Positions 32,189 to 41,690 of a stretch of 63,811 nt of DNA are shown piece after piece. The stretch comes from an uncultured Gammaproteobacteria bacterium (GTDB taxonomy: Bacteria > Patescibacteriota > Microgenomatia > Levybacterales > GWA1-39-11). A model generated the notes under the pieces. It saw only the letters and a list, made by a program, of their open reading frames with translations. It did no database searches and was not told the DNA's origin. The stretch is from contig CAYRUR010000006.1 of assembly GCA_964427615.1 (NCBI GenBank), positions 1 to 63,811 on the forward strand. The letters run 5' to 3'. Every line of letters starts with the position of its first letter. The first letter of the stretch is position 1. Both the position numbers and the translations under genes were made by a program.

Positions 32189-32205
32189 GTGAAAGATGTT
32201 CTTTT

Positions 32206-32805
32206 TTACTTTTCAAACGGATTGTTTTCAAAAGTAAGATGACTTGTTTTTTTGAGCGCTTCTTCACTAGTGAGGTCATATTTCTTCATAAAGAGTTCTT
32301 TTGCAGAAGTAATGATTCTTTTTTTCCAATCAAATCCTAACTCTTCTGCGATTTGTTTTACTGCTTCTTCTGAATTTGCTTCAATTTCTGAATAGGCCTC
32401 AAGACCTGGCCAGGTGTCAATGGTAATTTCTGCATCTTTATAACTCCAGGTTTCTCTCAATGTCTCTTGATAGGTGGTAAATGCAAAGCCTAGCATCTCA
32501 ATGATCTGAATTGTTTTATCATAATCGCTTACTGTTACATCAATTTCTTTTTGATCCCCAACATTTCCTCCTTCTTGTGCATGAATTTTGGCACTGAGCC
32601 TAATTACATCTCCTTCATCCCTTACACGTACATAATCACACTGGAGTTGAGGATAGACCAACCTATCAACTATTGCTCTTCTCATTTTTCTTTCAGGAGT
32701 AATGAGTGTTGCACCTATCTTAGTAAGTTTTTTCCTATATTCATCTTTATCAACAGGATAAAATTTTGCTTCAAATTCAGTGAAGTCTTTTTTATTCGCT
32801 TGCAT
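32206..32805 (-). CDS. CYTH-domain protein (CyaB/ThTPase-like)
   Basis: Start trimmed to ATG 32805. It has an N-terminal FEAKF (ExExK-like) motif and a beta-barrel-type alternating pattern. Confidence 0.55.
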   Translation of the reverse strand: MQANKKDFTEFEAKFYPVDKDEYRKKLTKIGATLITPERKMRRAIVDRLVYPQLQCDYVRVRDEGDVIRLSAKIHAQEGGNVGDQKEIDVTVSDYDKTIQIIEMLGFAFTTYQETLRETWSYKDAEITIDTWPGLEAYSEIEANSEEAVKQIAEELGFDWKKRIITSAKELFMKKYDLTSEEALKKTSHLTFENNPFEK

Positions 32806-32875
32806 GAGTTGATTATAGCAAAAGAACGTATATTTCATACCTTGCAATAAGGAATTTTGGTATAATAAAAGCCGT

Positions 32876-35215
32876 ATGAAATATTATCGAGGGAATAATG
32901 GTATATCCTCTCGCAGGCAAAGAAAAGCTTCTCGTCTTTCTCCACATATGAAGGTAATGCTAGTGAATAAAGCGCTTCGTTTTGCTCTTTTTGGCATTAT
33001 TGGACTTGTCGTTCTACTCTTTTTGTATACGGTCTGGGTTTCCAGAAGTCTTCCTGCTCCAGGAAAGCTTTCAAGTGAAGCAATAAAGGATTCTACTAAG
33101 ATTTATGATAAAGATGGAGAACTCCTCTACTCTTTTGCAGAAAACTATAATCGAATTTATGTTACCTTAGATCAAATTCCTGAGACATTAAGAAATGCGA
33201 CTATTGCCACAGAGGATAGAGATTTTTATAAAAATGATGGATTTTCCTGGTGGGCGTATGCACGTGTACTCAAGGACCTTATCATCCATCAAAGACTAAC
33301 AGGAGGGTCTACCATCACACAACAGCTAGTGAAAAATATTTTACTCTCTCCTGAAAGAACACCTACCAGAAAATTAAAAGAACTGATTTTAGCGGTACAA
33401 GTAGATCAGCGGTTCAGTAAAGATGAAATCCTTGAAATGTATTTAAATAATATTCCGTATGGTGGTACTGCTATTGGTGTGGAAGCGGCCAGTAGTTTAT
33501 ATTTTGACAAACACGCAAAGCATTTGACACTTGCAGAATCTGCATTTTTGGCAGGACTTCCTCAGTCTCCTTCGTATTATTCTCCTTTTATCAATCCTGA
33601 CAAAGCATATATTCCACGTTCTGAAGCAGTACTACGTCGGATGCGGGAGGATGGATATATTTCCAAAAAACAGGAAGAAGAGGCTCTAAAACAAATCAAG
33701 AGCTTTAAATTTAGTCAAAAACAGACTAATTTGAAAGCCCCTCATTTTGTGATGGATGTAAGAAATCAGCTGATAGAAATGTTTGGTGAAGCTATGGTAA
33801 TGAGTGGCAACCTAACCGTGAAAACAACGTTGGATTATGATATCCAAAAAGAAGCTGAAAAAATTGTGAAAGAGGAGCTTGAAAAGCTAAAAGGATATCG
33901 TGTGGGTAATGGAGCTGCGATGGTGATGGATGCCAAGGATGGCGCAGTTTTGGCAATGGTGGGAAGCAAAGACTACTTTGATGAGGATAATCAAGGAAAT
34001 TACAATGCAGCCAGAGCTTCAAGACAGCCTGGTTCAAGCCTTAAGCCTATCACCTATGCCGTAGGGCTTGAAAAAGGATACACTCCGGCAACGCTTTTTA
34101 TGGATGTACGTACTACTTTTGCTGCTGATGATTCGGTAAAACCATATAATCCTGGTAATTACGATGGGAAATTTCAAGGACCTATGCAAATGCGTTTTGC
34201 ATTGGGAAATTCTCAGAATATCCCGGCGGTAAAAATGCTGGCAAAAGTAGGTATAGAGCCGGTGATGCAAAAAGGGTATGACATGGGAATTACTAACTGG
34301 GAACCTACTACTTCCAATATGCGAAATGTGGGTCTTTCATTGGTTTTGGGTGGAAGAGAGGCTTCACTCTATCAAATAACATCTGCGTATCAGGTATTTG
34401 CAAACAAAGGAGTAAAAAAAGAGTCCTATGAAATTGTAGAGGTAAAGGACTCAAAAGGAAAAGTGTTATACAAACATACAGAAGATAAAGGAAGACGGGT
34501 CTTATCTGAAGAAGTTGCTTTTTTGATTTCTCATATGTTGCTTGATAATAATGCGCGACAGCCTGCTTTTGGAGCTAGATCTTGGCTGGTAGTTCCTGGT
34601 AAAACAGTATCAGTCAAAACAGGTACGACTGATGAGAAAAAAGACAACTGGACAATTGGGTATACTCCCTCCTATGTTGTGGGGGTATGGGTAGGTAACA
34701 ATGATAATACTTCTATGAATCAAGCAATTGCCTCAGGCGTTACTGGTGCTACTCCTATTTGGAATAAGGTTATGAGTCATGTATTAAAAGGAAAGTCTGA
34801 TGAGCAACCACAAAAACCGGAGAATGTAGTAGCTCTGGAAATTGATGCTTTTGGCGGAGGACTTCCTGTGGAGGGGCAATCAAAGCGAGTTGAGTATTTT
34901 GTAAAAGGTACAGAGCCTACTGCTCCATCTCCAATCTATAAGAAAGTAAAAGTATCAAAAGCTGATAACAATAGGCTCGCAAATGATGAAGAGATTTCGA
35001 GAGGAGATTATGATGTAAAGGACTTTATTGTCTTTGAAGAGGAAGATCCAGTCTCAACAGATGGAAAGAATAGATGGCAGGAAGCTATCAATGCGTGGGT
35101 AAAAGAAAGATACAAAGATGATGCTAAGTATAATCCTCCAACCGAAACATCAGATAAAAAATATGATGGAGATGAAGGCAAAGATAAGGATAAAGATAAG
35201 AAGGATAAGGAGTAG
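32876..35215 (+). CDS. class A penicillin-binding protein (transglycosylase/transpeptidase)
   Basis: 779-aa ORF. GT51 motifs ATEDRDFY and GGSTITQQLVKN. Transpeptidase motifs SSLKP (SxxK) and KTGTT. The tail is a low-complexity KD repeat. Confidence 0.9.
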   Translation: MKYYRGNNGISSRRQRKASRLSPHMKVMLVNKALRFALFGIIGLVVLLFLYTVWVSRSLPAPGKLSSEAIKDSTKIYDKDGELLYSFAENYNRIYVTLDQIPETLRNATIATEDRDFYKNDGFSWWAYARVLKDLIIHQRLTGGSTITQQLVKNILLSPERTPTRKLKELILAVQVDQRFSKDEILEMYLNNIPYGGTAIGVEAASSLYFDKHAKHLTLAESAFLAGLPQSPSYYSPFINPDKAYIPRSEAVLRRMREDGYISKKQEEEALKQIKSFKFSQKQTNLKAPHFVMDVRNQLIEMFGEAMVMSGNLTVKTTLDYDIQKEAEKIVKEELEKLKGYRVGNGAAMVMDAKDGAVLAMVGSKDYFDEDNQGNYNAARASRQPGSSLKPITYAVGLEKGYTPATLFMDVRTTFAADDSVKPYNPGNYDGKFQGPMQMRFALGNSQNIPAVKMLAKVGIEPVMQKGYDMGITNWEPTTSNMRNVGLSLVLGGREASLYQITSAYQVFANKGVKKESYEIVEVKDSKGKVLYKHTEDKGRRVLSEEVAFLISHMLLDNNARQPAFGARSWLVVPGKTVSVKTGTTDEKKDNWTIGYTPSYVVGVWVGNNDNTSMNQAIASGVTGATPIWNKVMSHVLKGKSDEQPQKPENVVALEIDAFGGGLPVEGQSKRVEYFVKGTEPTAPSPIYKKVKVSKADNNRLANDEEISRGDYDVKDFIVFEEEDPVSTDGKNRWQEAINAWVKERYKDDAKYNPPTETSDKKYDGDEGKDKDKDKKDKE

Positions 35216-35299
35216 CGATTAGCGTATAGCGTTTAGGATTTTGTTTAACCTATTAAACAGGCGTCATTGCAAGTGTAAACGAAGCAATCTCTTTAGAAT

Positions 35300-35521
35300 T
35301 TACTCCTCTATATACTCAAATCGAGGGGTTGTTTTTCCATTTACTGTAATTGTTTCCTGAAACATAGCTAGCGGTCTTACCCAAAGCTCCATTTCTCCAG
35401 TTTCTTTGCTTGGATGTTCGTAGACTACTAAATCTTCTAGCGTTTCAGAATGTTTAGCTACTCCTAAAACAGCACATTCTGTTCCCTTATAATGTCTGTA
35501 TTTTCCTGGTTTTATGTTCAT
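35300..35521 (-). CDS. DUF1653-like small protein
   Basis: Start at ATG 35521 (ATGA overlap with the upstream stop). GKYRHYKGTECAVLGVAKHSETLEDLVVYE matches my recollection of the DUF1653 pattern. Confidence 0.65.
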   Translation of the reverse strand: MNIKPGKYRHYKGTECAVLGVAKHSETLEDLVVYEHPSKETGEMELWVRPLAMFQETITVNGKTTPRFEYIEE

Positions 35522-36171
35522 TTTTTCCCTTCCCATTCATTATAAAACTCTTCTAAAAAGGTTTCCATAAACAAATGTCTTTGCTGGGCTAGTTTTTTGC
35601 CAGTTTGTGTGTTCATAAGATCCTTTAATTTGAGCAGTTTTTCGTAAAAGTGATTGATGCTGGGTGTTTGAGAGTGTAAGTATTCTTCTTTTGTTTTATA
35701 TTCTTGAGGTGGAATATGAGGGTTGTATATTTCTCTTCCTTTACTTCCTCCATAAGCAAAGCAGCGGGCGATACCAATAGCTCCTATAGCATCTAGTCTG
35801 TCAGCGTCTTGCACAATCATGCCTTCTTTTGATAGCTTTTTCTGTTCTATACCTCCTTTGAATCCCATGTCGCGAATAATTTCTGTGACGTTGTTAATAA
35901 CCGCTTCTTCAATCTGAAGTGACTGAAGTAACTGTTTTGCCTCATCAGGACCTTTGTTCTCATCTCCATTTGTGAATTTCCAATCAGCAATATCGTGAAG
36001 TAGTGCCGCCAGTTCAACTACAAATATATCTACACCTTTTTCTTCTGATGCTATTTGTTTTGCAAGATTTACAACTCTTGTAATATGCCACCAGTCATGT
36101 CCAGTTCCTTCACCAGAAAGCTTTTCTTTAACATGATTTATTACTTTTTCTATGATTTCTTCTTTTTTCAT
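35518..36171 (-). CDS. HD-domain metal-dependent phosphohydrolase
   Basis: 217-aa ORF with WHITRV...LLHDIADWK (H...HD) and DADRLDAIGAIG motifs. Confidence 0.75.
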   Translation of the reverse strand: MKKEEIIEKVINHVKEKLSGEGTGHDWWHITRVVNLAKQIASEEKGVDIFVVELAALLHDIADWKFTNGDENKGPDEAKQLLQSLQIEEAVINNVTEIIRDMGFKGGIEQKKLSKEGMIVQDADRLDAIGAIGIARCFAYGGSKGREIYNPHIPPQEYKTKEEYLHSQTPSINHFYEKLLKLKDLMNTQTGKKLAQQRHLFMETFLEEFYNEWEGKK

Positions 36172-36255
36172 AATTGTTTTTTACTTCGGGATTAGAATGT
36201 TATTTTCTCCACGCGCTGCGCTTGGTCGAAAAATAAAGAATTACCATTCTTTCTT

Positions 36256-36513
36256 CTATTCTCCAGAAATTAACTTCTTCTTTTTTTCCTGACTCCAGTT
36301 TTTGATTTGAACTTCTCTTGCTCTAGCATTTTCTAAGTTATCAAATTCTTCATAATAAGCAAGTTTTTTTACTCCATATTTTTGTGTGTATTTTGATACT
36401 AGTCCAGAAATGTGTTGTTCTAGCCTATTAGATACATTCCACGTACAACCTGTGTAATATCTTCCATTGTTACATTCAATAATATATACATACCAATGCC
36501 ATTGTTTTGTCAT
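36256..36513 (-). CDS. stand-alone GIY-YIG nuclease-family protein
   Basis: 85-aa ORF with WYVYIIECNNGRYYTGCTWNVSNRLEQH (GIY-YIG) and REVQIKNWSQEKK. Confidence 0.8.
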   Translation of the reverse strand: MTKQWHWYVYIIECNNGRYYTGCTWNVSNRLEQHISGLVSKYTQKYGVKKLAYYEEFDNLENARAREVQIKNWSQEKKKKLISGE

Positions 36514-36639
36514 GATTGCATATTCCTACTCTTTTTGCTTCTAGTTTTCTTACTTATATCTTTATATTTCGAGTCCTTCAGCTAATGTTCAGGATAAACT
36601 TGTCGAGAAATAGTTCGTGTTACCATTTTATAAATGCAG

Positions 36640-37401
36640 TTATAACCCTGTTGGGATGTCAATAAAAGTAGTTTTTATATCAGAGAATTTTTCTTCTATT
36701 ACTTTTTGTAGTGCTTTAAGGCCTACAGTTTCTGTTGCATGGTGTCCAGCAAATATCACATTCATACCTGCATCTTTTGCTGTCAGATAGATTTCTATGG
36801 AGTCTCCTGAAATATACAGATCTACTCCTTTTTGTTGTGCTTCAGAATAGCCTGCATATCCTCCTCCACCACTGCACACGGCAATCGTTTTAATCTCTTT
36901 TTTCCCAAAAGGAAGGATAGTGCAGGAAGCCTTGATAGTTTTGGTAAGTATTTGCTCTACTTCTTGCAGAGTAATCGCATTTTTTCTTTCTCCTATCCAC
37001 CCTACATTTTTTCCATGATGGTCCATAAACTCTTCTGTTATTTTTGCGTCCAGAATGGTTAATAGTTGCGCATTATTACCCACTTCAGGGTGTCTATCCA
37101 GTGGAAGATGTGCAGCATACAGAGAAATAGCATTGTCATAGAGGTGGCTTATTCGCTGCTTATTCCAGGAAGTTATAGAAGGGTTATTGCTCTTCCAAAA
37201 TTGGCCGTGATGGACGATAAGAAAATCAGCCTTTTGTTCTGCTGCTTGTCTGAAAGTATCAATGCCTGCATCAACTGCGAAAGCTACTGTTTGAATACTA
37301 TCTTTTCCCTCAAACTGCAAGCCGTTCCAGCTATTATCATCAATGTCTTGAATGGATAAATAAGAGTCAAGAAATGAAGTGAGTACGTCTCTTGTTACCA
37401 T
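36640..37401 (-). CDS. Nif3-family dinuclear metal-centre protein
   Basis: 253-aa ORF with DFLIVHHG, YAAHLPLD and FAGHHATE motifs. Confidence 0.8.
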   Translation of the reverse strand: MVTRDVLTSFLDSYLSIQDIDDNSWNGLQFEGKDSIQTVAFAVDAGIDTFRQAAEQKADFLIVHHGQFWKSNNPSITSWNKQRISHLYDNAISLYAAHLPLDRHPEVGNNAQLLTILDAKITEEFMDHHGKNVGWIGERKNAITLQEVEQILTKTIKASCTILPFGKKEIKTIAVCSGGGGYAGYSEAQQKGVDLYISGDSIEIYLTAKDAGMNVIFAGHHATETVGLKALQKVIEEKFSDIKTTFIDIPTGL

Positions 37402-37404
37402 AAT

Positions 37405-39357
37405 TTAGGCTATTTGTGCATTAATATCTTTTTTCAGATGATTATAGATGCTTTCTCTTATCTGAGTAATATCTGCGTTGGTAAGATTTCTATCTTTACT
37501 TTGATATGTAATACGAAATGTCTTTTTATTCTCATACGTATCAATAAGTTCTACGTTTTGAATCAGTTCACTCTGCTTTTTAATAAGATTTACAATTTCA
37601 GCATAGGTTATGCTAGCATCTGCAATAAGGCTTACATCCTCAATAATAGGAGGATACTTTGAAAGAGGAGTATATGTTTTTTTCAGTGTCGCCTCTCTTT
37701 TTATCATCTCAAAATCAAGCTCAAAATCGATGAGATTTTCCTCTAATATCTCAATAGTTCCTATCCTATCTTTTTGTAAATAGACATCTGCTCCTTCTCC
37801 TCCACTTGCTTTTTTTGCAAAAGAATATGTTTTGATACCCAGATCTGAAAAGAGTTGCTCTATGATGCCTTTTACTTCATAAAAAGAAACATTGTCTTTT
37901 TTAATAACTCCAGCCAGATGTAGTATCTCTTTTGGCAAATTATTTTCTTGCTTTAGATATACTTTTGCTATTTCAAAAAGAGAAAGTGTCTGTCTGTTTT
38001 TATTTTCCTTTACTGCTTGTAATAGGCTGGGGATAAGCGTTGTTCTCATATACACCATATCTTCATTCAGAGGGTTTTGAATGGTGACTGCCTCTTCAGG
38101 TGCAACTTCAAGTAGCTCCTCTGAAACCATGGAGTATGTATACACTTCTGTAAAACCCCAGTATTTAAGCGCATTTTTTGCTCTTTCCTCCCAATAAAAT
38201 TCATTCGTATCAAGTTGATATGGTTGTATGCTGGTTGTAGGTGGGAGAATGCTAGGCAGTTTGTAATATCCATATACACGAGCTACTTCCTCTATGACGT
38301 CTTCTTCAATAGTGATATCATGAGCTCTGGATGACGGTGGCGTAACAGTGATGTGTTCTGCTGTTGATGCCACACGAAATCCAAGATCTTTTAAGATAGA
38401 CTCAACTGTCTTTTTCTCTATGGGTACCCCAATAACTTGTTGTATTTTTGAAAGTTCTACCGTTACACTTTGTGGCTCTATAGGATGAGGATAGATATCT
38501 ATAATATCTGCAATTACTGTAGCATCGGCAATTTGCTGGTACAGTTCGATTCCTCGCAAAAGTGCTTTGTAGGCAAGCTCTGGATCTACTCTTTTTTCAT
38601 TTAGAATTGCTGCTTCTGTACGAATACCCAGGGACATAGAGGTCTTTCGGATAAGATGCGGATTGTCATTGTTAATAAAAAGAACAATGCGCTGCGTATC
38701 ATCAGTTACTACACTATTTTCAACTCCCATAATGCCCGGTAGATCCACAATGGTACCTTTTCCGTCATCTGCGAGGATATCTCCTCCTGGCAGTGTATGT
38801 GTTTTGCCATCAAGTGTTGTAATTTTTTCTCCTGGTTTTGATTGTCTTATGGAAAGTGTTTTGGTGAGGAGTCTATCGTAATCAAACACATGTGCTGGAT
38901 GTCCCATCTCTACCATGACATAGTTGGTAATATCAATAAGGTTATTAAGACTTCTGATATCTGCTGATTCAAGCCTTTTTCTCATATATTCTGGAGATTT
39001 TCCTACCTTTACTTCCAAAATAGCAGCACATACTCTATTTACTAGTTTTGGATCATTTTTAATCGTTATTTCTGCTTCTTTTTTCTGTATTGTAGGTTTT
39101 TTGAGATCAAGTGGCGTAAAGGTTGCGTTGATTCCTGATTGAGGAAGGACAGCAGCAGCTTCTTGCGCAATGCCAATAATAGACATAAGGTCTGGTCTAT
39201 TCGTCGTAACTTCAATGTCATAGACAAAGTCGTTTCCGAATTTTTCTATTCTTTCTACAGAAACACTGGAAGCAGACAATGCTTTTGCCAGTTCTTTGGG
39301 TGAAGCATCTGTTTTTAAGTATTCTTTTAGCCAACTGTCTAAAATTTTTATATTCAT
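37405..39357 (-). CDS. pheT: phenylalanine--tRNA ligase beta subunit (short form lacking the N-terminal tRNA-binding insert)
   Basis: 650-aa ORF. The N-terminus MNIKILDSWLKEYL...DIEVTTNRPDLMSIIGIAQE runs straight into the B3/4 region. It has a C-terminal FDX-ACB-like domain. Confidence 0.9.
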   Translation of the reverse strand: MNIKILDSWLKEYLKTDASPKELAKALSASSVSVERIEKFGNDFVYDIEVTTNRPDLMSIIGIAQEAAAVLPQSGINATFTPLDLKKPTIQKKEAEITIKNDPKLVNRVCAAILEVKVGKSPEYMRKRLESADIRSLNNLIDITNYVMVEMGHPAHVFDYDRLLTKTLSIRQSKPGEKITTLDGKTHTLPGGDILADDGKGTIVDLPGIMGVENSVVTDDTQRIVLFINNDNPHLIRKTSMSLGIRTEAAILNEKRVDPELAYKALLRGIELYQQIADATVIADIIDIYPHPIEPQSVTVELSKIQQVIGVPIEKKTVESILKDLGFRVASTAEHITVTPPSSRAHDITIEEDVIEEVARVYGYYKLPSILPPTTSIQPYQLDTNEFYWEERAKNALKYWGFTEVYTYSMVSEELLEVAPEEAVTIQNPLNEDMVYMRTTLIPSLLQAVKENKNRQTLSLFEIAKVYLKQENNLPKEILHLAGVIKKDNVSFYEVKGIIEQLFSDLGIKTYSFAKKASGGEGADVYLQKDRIGTIEILEENLIDFELDFEMIKREATLKKTYTPLSKYPPIIEDVSLIADASITYAEIVNLIKKQSELIQNVELIDTYENKKTFRITYQSKDRNLTNADITQIRESIYNHLKKDINAQIA

Positions 39358-39472
39358 ATATTTTATTTAGCGTTTAGTGATTAGCGTATAGCGTTTAGTT
39401 ATTATAAAAAATTATTTTTTACTATACGCTAAACGCTATCTACTCTGATTTGTCAGAGTAACTAATCGCTAT

Positions 39473-40516
39473 TTAGAATTGTTCTAAAAAGTCCAGGTTA
39501 TTAGAATACAATAACCGTAAATCATCAATTTCAATGCCTTCTTTCATCATTAACACTCGTTCTACTCCCCAACCAAAAGCAAAGCCAGTATATTCTTTAG
39601 GGTCAATTCCGCCATTTTTTAAGACGTTAGGATGAACCATGCCTGCTCCTCCAATTTCAAGCCATCCTTCTTTACATAATCGGCACCCTACTCCATTGCA
39701 AATGCCACAGGAGATATCTACTTCAAAAGAAGGCTCGGTAAATTGGAATTGGTAGGGTCTGATACGGGTTACTCTTTGTTCTCCAAAATATGATTTGGCA
39801 AAATAATCCAATACTCCTTTTAAATGAGTAATGGATATGTCTTTATCAACTACCAAACCTTCAAACTGATGAAACATGGCAGTATGGGATATATCCGACT
39901 GTCTTCTGTAGGTTTTGGCGATATTGAGCATCCTGATTGGCAATTTTCCTTTTTCCATCTCTCGTATTTGACCTGATGAAGTATGAGGAGTGAGTACCAT
40001 AGGACCGTATTTATCACTTTCTTTTTGATTGATAAAAAAGGTTTCCCATTCATCTCTGGCAGGATGATTTTCAGGGAAATTTAAAGCACCGAAAGCATAC
40101 CAGTCCCACTCTACTTCTGGGTATCGTACTCGACTAAAGCCTATCTTTTCAAAAATACGTGTGATCTCTTCTATTGCTTGAGTAATCAGATGCAAATGTC
40201 CCAGCGGAGGTCTTACGCCTGGTAAGGTGATATCAATGGCTTCTCTTTTTGTTTCTTTTTTCTGTTGACGCAGCGCTGCTTCTTTTTCTGCCAAAAGGTT
40301 TTCTATGATTGTCTTTATTTCATTTGCAAGTCGGCCGACTTCTGGTTTTTGCTCTTTTGGTAGTTTGGTAATTTCTTTCAGAGTGGTAGTAAGTCTTCCA
40401 CTTTTACCTAAAAATGAGAGTCGCAACGTATTCACCTCTTCAAGATTTGAGGCATCAATGATCAACGCACTTGCATCATTTTTAATTTTTAAAAGCTCTT
40501 CTTCCATATATCTCAT
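39473..40516 (-). CDS. pheS: phenylalanine--tRNA ligase alpha subunit
   Basis: 347-aa ORF with HPARDEWETFF, class II motifs FRRQSDISHTAMFHQFEG and GFAFGWGVERV. An alternative start is at 40507. Confidence 0.95.
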   Translation of the reverse strand: MRYMEEELLKIKNDASALIIDASNLEEVNTLRLSFLGKSGRLTTTLKEITKLPKEQKPEVGRLANEIKTIIENLLAEKEAALRQQKKETKREAIDITLPGVRPPLGHLHLITQAIEEITRIFEKIGFSRVRYPEVEWDWYAFGALNFPENHPARDEWETFFINQKESDKYGPMVLTPHTSSGQIREMEKGKLPIRMLNIAKTYRRQSDISHTAMFHQFEGLVVDKDISITHLKGVLDYFAKSYFGEQRVTRIRPYQFQFTEPSFEVDISCGICNGVGCRLCKEGWLEIGGAGMVHPNVLKNGGIDPKEYTGFAFGWGVERVLMMKEGIEIDDLRLLYSNNLDFLEQF

Positions 40517-40560
40517 GCAAAAACAGCATGTTTAATTTGCTATCCTTATTGCTTAGGATA

Positions 40561-40896
40561 TCACAAATTGCGCTCATTTGCATTAATTTCACGGGTTAAT
40601 TGGTTTCCCACATAGTCTATTAAGACTACTCTACTACCCTCTTGAATAGCTTCTTGCTGTTCTGGATCCAATAGATTGTACATGGCATAAGTTGTCTCTG
40701 CTGTGCGAAGTTCACCTATTGGTACTTCTATACCTTGTTGTGCATCATATAAAACTTGTGCAGTTTTGGTAAGAGTGTCCCGTGAAATAACGGCTCCACT
40801 ATGGCTTTCTTCAGCCTTTCTTCTTATTTCATTACGACGCTCAAGTCCTGTCATAGGCTCTTGCATAGTTGCTACGTTAGTATCTCTTTCTACCAT
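40561..40896 (-). CDS. hypothetical protein, first gene downstream of the Phe/Tyr leader
   Basis: Start trimmed to ATG 40896, preceded by a strong SD (agaGGAGGTGaaaaatATG). 111 aa with no recognisable motif. It lies 45 nt upstream of pheS. Confidence 0.6.
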   Translation of the reverse strand: MVERDTNVATMQEPMTGLERRNEIRRKAEESHSGAVISRDTLTKTAQVLYDAQQGIEVPIGELRTAETTYAMYNLLDPEQQEAIQEGSRVVLIDYVGNQLTREINANERNL

Positions 40897-40924
40897 ATTT
40901 TTCACCTCCTCTCTTTTTTCCAAC

Positions 40925-41094
40925 AAAAAAACCTCCCGTTTGGGAGGTTCACTTTTTTGATGGATAGTTATCTTATTTTCTTAATCCACCAAGCAACCTC
41001 CCGGTTTGGGAAGTAAAGTAAAAGTAAAATGATACTGTCTGGTGGATGTTCATGATTAAATAATACGCTACCATAGTGTGATTCCTTTTGTCAA
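40925..41094 (-). promoter_or_regulatory. pheM-like ribosome-mediated transcription attenuator (cassette 4)
   Basis: -35 TTGACA (41094-41089), 18-nt spacer, TAGCGT (41070-65), mini-ORF 41053-40973. E1 CTTCCC (41013-08), E2 GGGAGGTT (41002-40995), E3 AACCTCCC (40949-42), E4 GGGAGGTT (40937-30) plus U-tract. Confidence 0.65.
40973..41053 (-). CDS. 26-codon leader peptide rich in Phe/Tyr
   Basis: Hand translation gives MNIHQTVSFYFYFTSQTGRLLGGLRK. The FYFYF codons lie just 5' of E1, and the ORF runs through E1 and E2. Confidence 0.55.
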   Translation of the reverse strand: MNIHQTVSFYFYFTSQTGRLLGGLRK

Positions 41095-41099
41095 GGTAA

Positions 41100-41456
41100 T
41101 TACTTTGAAGATTTAAAAGCGGTTTCTACGATTTTTTGAAATGTTGCTGCGTCTTCTTGTACCAGGTTGGCAAGCATTTTTCTGTTAATCTTGATGTTTT
41201 TCTCTGTCATGGCATGCATGAATGCGCTATAAGAGTGTCCTTGCAGTTTTACAGCCTCACTAATTCTGGTGATCCAAAGGCGTCTGAAATCTCTCTTCTT
41301 TCGCTTTCTGCCATGGTATGCATAGCTTCCTGCATGAAGCATCGCCTCTGTAGCTACTTGAATGAGTCTTCTCTTTGTACCTCTGTAACCTTTTGTAAGG
41401 TCTAATATTTTGTTATGTCTGCGTCTTGCGATGACGCCTCTTTTTACTCGTGCCAT
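41100..41456 (-). CDS. rplT: 50S ribosomal protein L20
   Basis: 118-aa ORF starting MARVKRGVIARRRHKKIL.., the typical L20 N-terminus. Confidence 0.95.
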   Translation of the reverse strand: MARVKRGVIARRRHNKILDLTKGYRGTKRRLIQVATEAMLHAGSYAYHGRKRKKRDFRRLWITRISEAVKLQGHSYSAFMHAMTEKNIKINRKMLANLVQEDAATFQKIVETAFKSSK

Positions 41457-41480
41457 ATTTATTAAAATTCTAAATTTACT

Positions 41481-41678
41481 TTATGCTTCTCCTAGCATTA
41501 TTTTTACTTTTTTTGCAAATGGTTTTGCTAGTTCTGCTGGTGTTTTCAGTCTTCTTAATGCTCTCTTTGTTTTATTGGTTTTCAAATGGCTTCTATTTTG
41601 TTGGCCATGCAATACTTTACCGGTTTTGGTAACCTTAAATCGTTTTGATACTGCTTTTCTTATTCTTAGTTTTCCCAT
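41481..41678 (-). CDS. rpmI: 50S ribosomal protein L35
   Basis: 65-aa ORF, MGKLRIRKAVSKRFKVTKTGKV... Confidence 0.9.
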   Translation of the reverse strand: MGKLRIRKAVSKRFKVTKTGKVLHGQQNRSHLKTNKTKRALRRLKTPAELAKPFAKKVKIMLGEA

Positions 41679-41690
41679 ATTATTTTATCC

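Noticed and set aside
39361-39472. pheS-pheT intergenic agcgtatagcgtttag / ctatacgctaaacgct repeats as a regulatory hairpin
   Set aside because: The complementary words are arranged in an order that cannot form a simple nested hairpin. The same words occur in many unrelated spacers, so they are treated as part of the general repeat vocabulary.
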